Program-made: the position numbers and the translations under genes
Notes under the pieces: generated by a model
Databases searched by the model: none
Told to the model about the DNA's origin: nothing
What the model saw: the letters and a program-made list of their open reading frames with translations, nothing else
In this document: positions 60,103-64,000 of the stretch, one piece after another
How positions within the stretch are numbered: position 1 is the first letter of the stretch
Layout: each line of letters begins with the position of its first letter
NCBI GenBank assembly: GCA_964452555.1
Contig: CAYVMI010000002.1
Span: forward strand, 153,414-217,413
Reading direction: 5' to 3'
DNA: 64,000 nt
Origin: an uncultured Desulfobacterales bacterium
GTDB taxonomy: Bacteria; Desulfobacterota; Desulfobacteria; Desulfobacterales; B30-G6

Positions 60103-61106
60103 ATGAGCTCTCTGGGTGTATTGGAAGTAATGGGTTGGGGTGCTTGGGGCGGTTGGTGAAACGCAGATCGAATGGTGTTAAGACCCTTTCGGAATCGCAT
60201 GCTAAAATAGCTTAGACCGCATACACCTGCGATTGGCAGACCTACCTGCAGGGGCCAAATAGTGCCCCAGAAAACAGAACGGATACCCAACACCATTGCC
60301 ATGCTACTGATCACAATCAGAAACAATAATAGACAAAGACGCAGTTCCCAAACCGCTGGTAGTTGGGGAAACTGGCCATGTTTATAATAATAGTCTTCTT
60401 GCTCAGGAACGCGAAGAAGGGTGTAATAAATTAGATGCATCAAAATCCAGGAAAATCCCAGCGAAAATACGACATCACTGAGCCAATGGCTCAGTTTCAT
60501 ACAGCGGCTCAATCCCATCAGCAGCGTATATAGCAGGGTAAACGATCCCCACAACCATCCCAACAGATTCTGAGATTTGAATTTCGGAATTGCCAAAAGT
60601 AGGACATAGGCCAGGGCCATGAGGGTAAAGACCTGAGCCGTATGACCGCTGGGGAGGCTACCCCGGTAGGTGCCTTCGGTTATAAAATGGGGACCAAATT
60701 CAAACCAATCGGAAAAAGGTAGCGCACCTTTCATGACCAGGGAGGGTCGTGCCCGCCCCATGACCCATTTTAGGCTGTGCACCATCATCACACTGGTTGT
60801 GATAGCGGTGACCACGATAAATCCCAGATGGGGACGCCAGGCATATAACCTTGAAGCAGCGCCTTTTTTCCAGGCAATATAGTAAAGAAATACCACCAGG
60901 ATTAGAAAGAGTATCACCGGATCGCCGCCGCCCAACCCTTCGCCTTCAAACAGCGTCTGGTCCATCCAGTGATCCAGCCAGCGAACGCGATGCTTGCGCA
61001 GCCAAACCGTCCAGGCGTAGTCCACCGGGATCAGCGCCAGCATTCCGGCCAGCCAGGTAAGGCTCATCACGACCAGATAATATATGTGTTTCAGTTTTGA
61101 TCCCAT
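60099..61106 (-). CDS. PAP2 family membrane phosphatase
   Basis: K..MGRARP, PSGH, SR....HWLSDV. Confidence 0.9.
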   Translation of the reverse strand: MGSKLKHIYYLVVMSLTWLAGMLALIPVDYAWTVWLRKHRVRWLDHWMDQTLFEGEGLGGGDPVILFLILVVFLYYIAWKKGAASRLYAWRPHLGFIVVTAITTSVMMVHSLKWVMGRARPSLVMKGALPFSDWFEFGPHFITEGTYRGSLPSGHTAQVFTLMALAYVLLLAIPKFKSQNLLGWLWGSFTLLYTLLMGLSRCMKLSHWLSDVVFSLGFSWILMHLIYYTLLRVPEQEDYYYKHGQFPQLPAVWELRLCLLLFLIVISSMAMVLGIRSVFWGTIWPLQVGLPIAGVCGLSYFSMRFRKGLNTIRSAFHQPPQAPQPITSNTPRELI

Positions 61107-61114
61107 TTTATTTT

Positions 61115-61255
61115 GAACCTATCTAAAAATATCTTTTGGCCCAATTTCGGCGTTGATCTTACTTTGCAACTCCTCAAAATACTACAGTATTCCTGCGGGT
61201 TGCAAAGCTCAATCGCCTTGAACTTGAACCAAAATCTTATTCTTGAGATAGGTTC
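61115..61255. repeat. Palindromic element (GAACCTATCT...AGATAGGTTC)
   Basis: Minus strand reads TCAAGG...GCAGGAATAC-tgta-GTATT...AACGCCG inside the terminal inverted repeats. Confidence 0.85.
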
Positions 61256-61384
61256 TTGTTATACCACCTAATAAGGGTTAAACGGTTCGATTGAATTCTT
61301 TTGGCCGCACTATTGTAATCTGAATATCAATGGGACATTGATATTAAAAGTTTGGAATCTTTCAATACCCCAACTTTTGAAATT

Positions 61385-61509
61385 GACGGTTTTGTAAAAT
61401 GTTCAAATTCAAGGCGTGTGAGTTTTGTAATCGAGAGGCGTACGAGTTGTACGTCGATTGATTGCAAAATGAAGCACAACGCAGAAGTTGAGCATTTTAC
61501 GAAGCCGCC
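61385..61509. repeat. Long imperfect palindrome, GACGGTTTTGTAAAA type
   Basis: Colinear with 22622-22746; abuts the proB stop codon. Confidence 0.85.
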
Positions 61510-62661
61510 CTAAGTATCGCCGTTTTCGAGTTGTGACGCCAGAACCAGATTGTCCCGGTGAACAATTTCATCATCATGCCGGAATCCAAGAATTGCCTCT
61601 ATTTGACTGCTTTTGGCGCCCATTATTTTTTGCAAGTCCCCTGAATTGTAGTTAACCATGCCGAGGGCGATCATTTGCTTTTTTTTGTTCTGGATGACCA
61701 CCGAATCTCCGACTCTAAATTTGTCCTGAATCTCAATAATCCCCGAAGGTAACAGGCTTTTGCCGTTCTGGGTCAAAGCTTTTTGGGCCCCGGCGTCTAT
61801 GGTGATGACTCCTCTGGACTTTTTGGTGAAAGCGATCCATTGTTTGCGGCTATTCAGAGCGCTGATTTCCGGTAAGAAAAAAGTCCCGCATGGTTTGCCG
61901 GCAAAAATATCCTTTAATATGTTCGGTCTCAGGCCATTGGCGATAATGCAGGCGATTCCGCCCGTGGCAATGGTTTTGGCGGCTTTTAATTTGCTGGCCA
62001 TACCACCGGTTCCCAGGAAGCCAGGAATCGTGTTGGCTGCTTGGGTCAGGCGCCGGTCCACCTTTTCAACCAAAGAGATGAGTTGTGCATCTGGATGCTC
62101 TCTGGGATCCTTGTTAAAAAGACCATCGATATTGGTGAGGTTGACCAGTAGATGGGATTCCGTAAGGTTGACAACCAAGGCGCCGAGATTGTCATTGTCA
62201 CCAAATTTAATTTCATCCGTACCAACCGTGTCATTTTCATTGATGATGGGAATAATGTCCCAGGATAAAAGCGTCCGCAATGTGTTTCTGGCATTCAAAA
62301 ATCGACGTCGATGAGTCAGGTCGTCGCGCGTGAGAAGAATCTGGGCTGCTTTGGCGCCGTGTCTGGAAAAAGCGTCCTCATAGGCCATGATCAGGTTGCT
62401 TTGGCCCATGGCTGCCAACGCCTGCATTTGGGACACCGAGACAGGCCGTTTGGATAGACCGGCTTTTTTAAGCCCGGCCGCAATGGCGCCGGAAGAAACC
62501 AGAATAATCTGGAGGCCCTTTTTGCGCAGTCGACAAATTTCAGTGGTCAGATCATCGATGATATTCAGGTTTAATCCATTTTTACGGGTGAGTACGCCGC
62601 TGCCAATTTTTATGACGACCCGTTTTACATTTTTTAAATAGGATTTACGGTTGTTGCTCAC
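61510..62661 (-). CDS. proB: Glutamate 5-kinase with PUA domain
   Basis: VIKIGS, VSSGA, INENDTV, FGDND, GTGGM, HRDNL. Confidence 0.97.
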   Translation of the reverse strand: MSNNRKSYLKNVKRVVIKIGSGVLTRKNGLNLNIIDDLTTEICRLRKKGLQIILVSSGAIAAGLKKAGLSKRPVSVSQMQALAAMGQSNLIMAYEDAFSRHGAKAAQILLTRDDLTHRRRFLNARNTLRTLLSWDIIPIINENDTVGTDEIKFGDNDNLGALVVNLTESHLLVNLTNIDGLFNKDPREHPDAQLISLVEKVDRRLTQAANTIPGFLGTGGMASKLKAAKTIATGGIACIIANGLRPNILKDIFAGKPCGTFFLPEISALNSRKQWIAFTKKSRGVITIDAGAQKALTQNGKSLLPSGIIEIQDKFRVGDSVVIQNKKKQMIALGMVNYNSGDLQKIMGAKSSQIEAILGFRHDDEIVHRDNLVLASQLENGDT

Positions 62662-63953
62662 AGGCCCTCCTTTTGAATGGGCTTATGAAGGAAGGGTTTG
62701 GCCTGCGGCCCGGCGTAATCGGCAACCACATGGCCGTTGCCGATCAGTTGCCATTGATAGATCATCAAACCTTCCAAGCCAACGGGTCCCCGTGCATGGA
62801 TCTTATTGGTACTGATACCCACTTCTGCCCCCAGACCGTAACGGAAGCCATCGCTAAACCGGCTACTGCAGTTCACCATCACATCGGCCGTATCCACCCG
62901 CAGCATAAAATCTTTGGCTCGTTTTTCATTGGCGCTGATAATCACATCGGTATGCCCGGAACCAAAGCGGTTGATGTGCTCGACGGCCTGGTCCACAGTG
63001 TCGACAACTTTGACTGCAAGGATCAGGTCCAAATATTCGGTTTGCCAGTCCAATTCTGATGCGGGAATTGCATCAATAATGTCGGTTGTCCGCTTGCAAC
63101 CTCGAATCTCGACCCCCTGGGAAATAAGCTCAGATTGGACGGCGGGCAGAAACTCTTTGGCTACATCGGTATGCACCAGCAGGGTTTCGGCTGCATTGCA
63201 GACGGCCACGTATTGGCACTTGCTGTCGACGACAATCCGTCGGGCCATTTCCAACTCGGCGGCTTTATCCACGTATACATGGCAAATACCGTCGGCATGC
63301 CCTATAACAGGTATGCGGGTATGGTCCATAATGTGTTTTACAAAAGCATTACTGCCGCGGGGTATGATCAGGTCCACGTATTCGTCCAGCCCCAGCAATT
63401 CCTGAACGTCGGCACGGGTTTCCATGAGTCCCAACCAGTTTTCGGGAACCCCTGCCACGCGAGCGGCTTGACTAATAATATCAGCAAGGACTTTATTGGT
63501 ATGGGTGGCTTCAACGCCACCTTTTAAAAGGACGGCATTGCCGCTTTTCAGACAAAGGGATGCAATTTGCACCAATGCATCCGGTCTGGATTCAAAAATA
63601 ACCCCGATCACACCAATGGGGCAGCTGACCTGGTATAAATCAAGACCCTGATCCAATTGGGTTGCCGACAATGTTCGGCCTACGGGATCCGGTAACAGGC
63701 GCAGACTTTCCAAACCGCTGCAGGTTTCCTGTAATTTGGCGGTGTCAAATTTTAAACGCTTTAAAAGCGGGGTCGCCAGCGCTTGACTTTGCGCATTGTC
63801 AAGATCAGCCTGATTGGCCGCCATAATGTGGGCTTTATGCTCACGCAAGTCTGAAGCTATTTGTGATAGCGCTTGATTCCGTGTGGCAGCATCGGAGGCC
63901 GCAAGTTGTGGGCTGGCTTTTTTGGCTAGTAGGGCAATTTGTTGGATGTTCAT
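62658..63953 (-). CDS. proA: Gamma-glutamyl phosphate reductase
   Basis: GVIGVIFESRP, IPRG, CNAAETLL, GAEVGISTNKIHARGPVG. Confidence 0.97.
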   Translation of the reverse strand: MNIQQIALLAKKASPQLAASDAATRNQALSQIASDLREHKAHIMAANQADLDNAQSQALATPLLKRLKFDTAKLQETCSGLESLRLLPDPVGRTLSATQLDQGLDLYQVSCPIGVIGVIFESRPDALVQIASLCLKSGNAVLLKGGVEATHTNKVLADIISQAARVAGVPENWLGLMETRADVQELLGLDEYVDLIIPRGSNAFVKHIMDHTRIPVIGHADGICHVYVDKAAELEMARRIVVDSKCQYVAVCNAAETLLVHTDVAKEFLPAVQSELISQGVEIRGCKRTTDIIDAIPASELDWQTEYLDLILAVKVVDTVDQAVEHINRFGSGHTDVIISANEKRAKDFMLRVDTADVMVNCSSRFSDGFRYGLGAEVGISTNKIHARGPVGLEGLMIYQWQLIGNGHVVADYAGPQAKPFLHKPIQKEGL

Positions 63954-64000
63954 ATGAACCTCGAGTTTAAGATTTCGATTTGACGATTGTAGCAAAGCGT

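Noticed and set aside
1-64000. tRNA, rRNA, transposase, integrase, prophage or selenoprotein genes
   Set aside because: None recognised by eye; tRNAscan-SE, Infernal and ISEScan would be needed to exclude them formally

Overview
Chromosomal segment of an anaerobic deltaproteobacterium (Desulfobacterales-like; inferred from gene content). From left to right it holds: an RND efflux pair, CoA-ester enzymes, a TetR-SulP-phosphorelay operon divergent from a truncated PEP-synthase-like gene, a beta-PGM/GH65 fusion, ilvD, perR-rbr, asd, a CHAT lipoprotein, a glycine-cleavage operon led by a GcvT-SHMT fusion, an acyl-CoA/AtuA catabolic cluster and proA-proB. I saw no rRNA, tRNA, CRISPR array or intact transposase/integrase. 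The strongest unexplained signals are non-coding. (1) A complete leader-peptide attenuator upstream of asd whose codons specify Thr, Met, Lys and Ile. (2) At least seven (AGCnnnn)n-AGCWGCT-(nnnnGCT)n heptad palindromes at gene ends. (3) A family of long palindromes with different arms but a shared CAAGG/AACGCMG internal loop. (4) A covarying array of GNA-triloop mini-hairpins. Protein calls are by eye from motifs; no searches were run.
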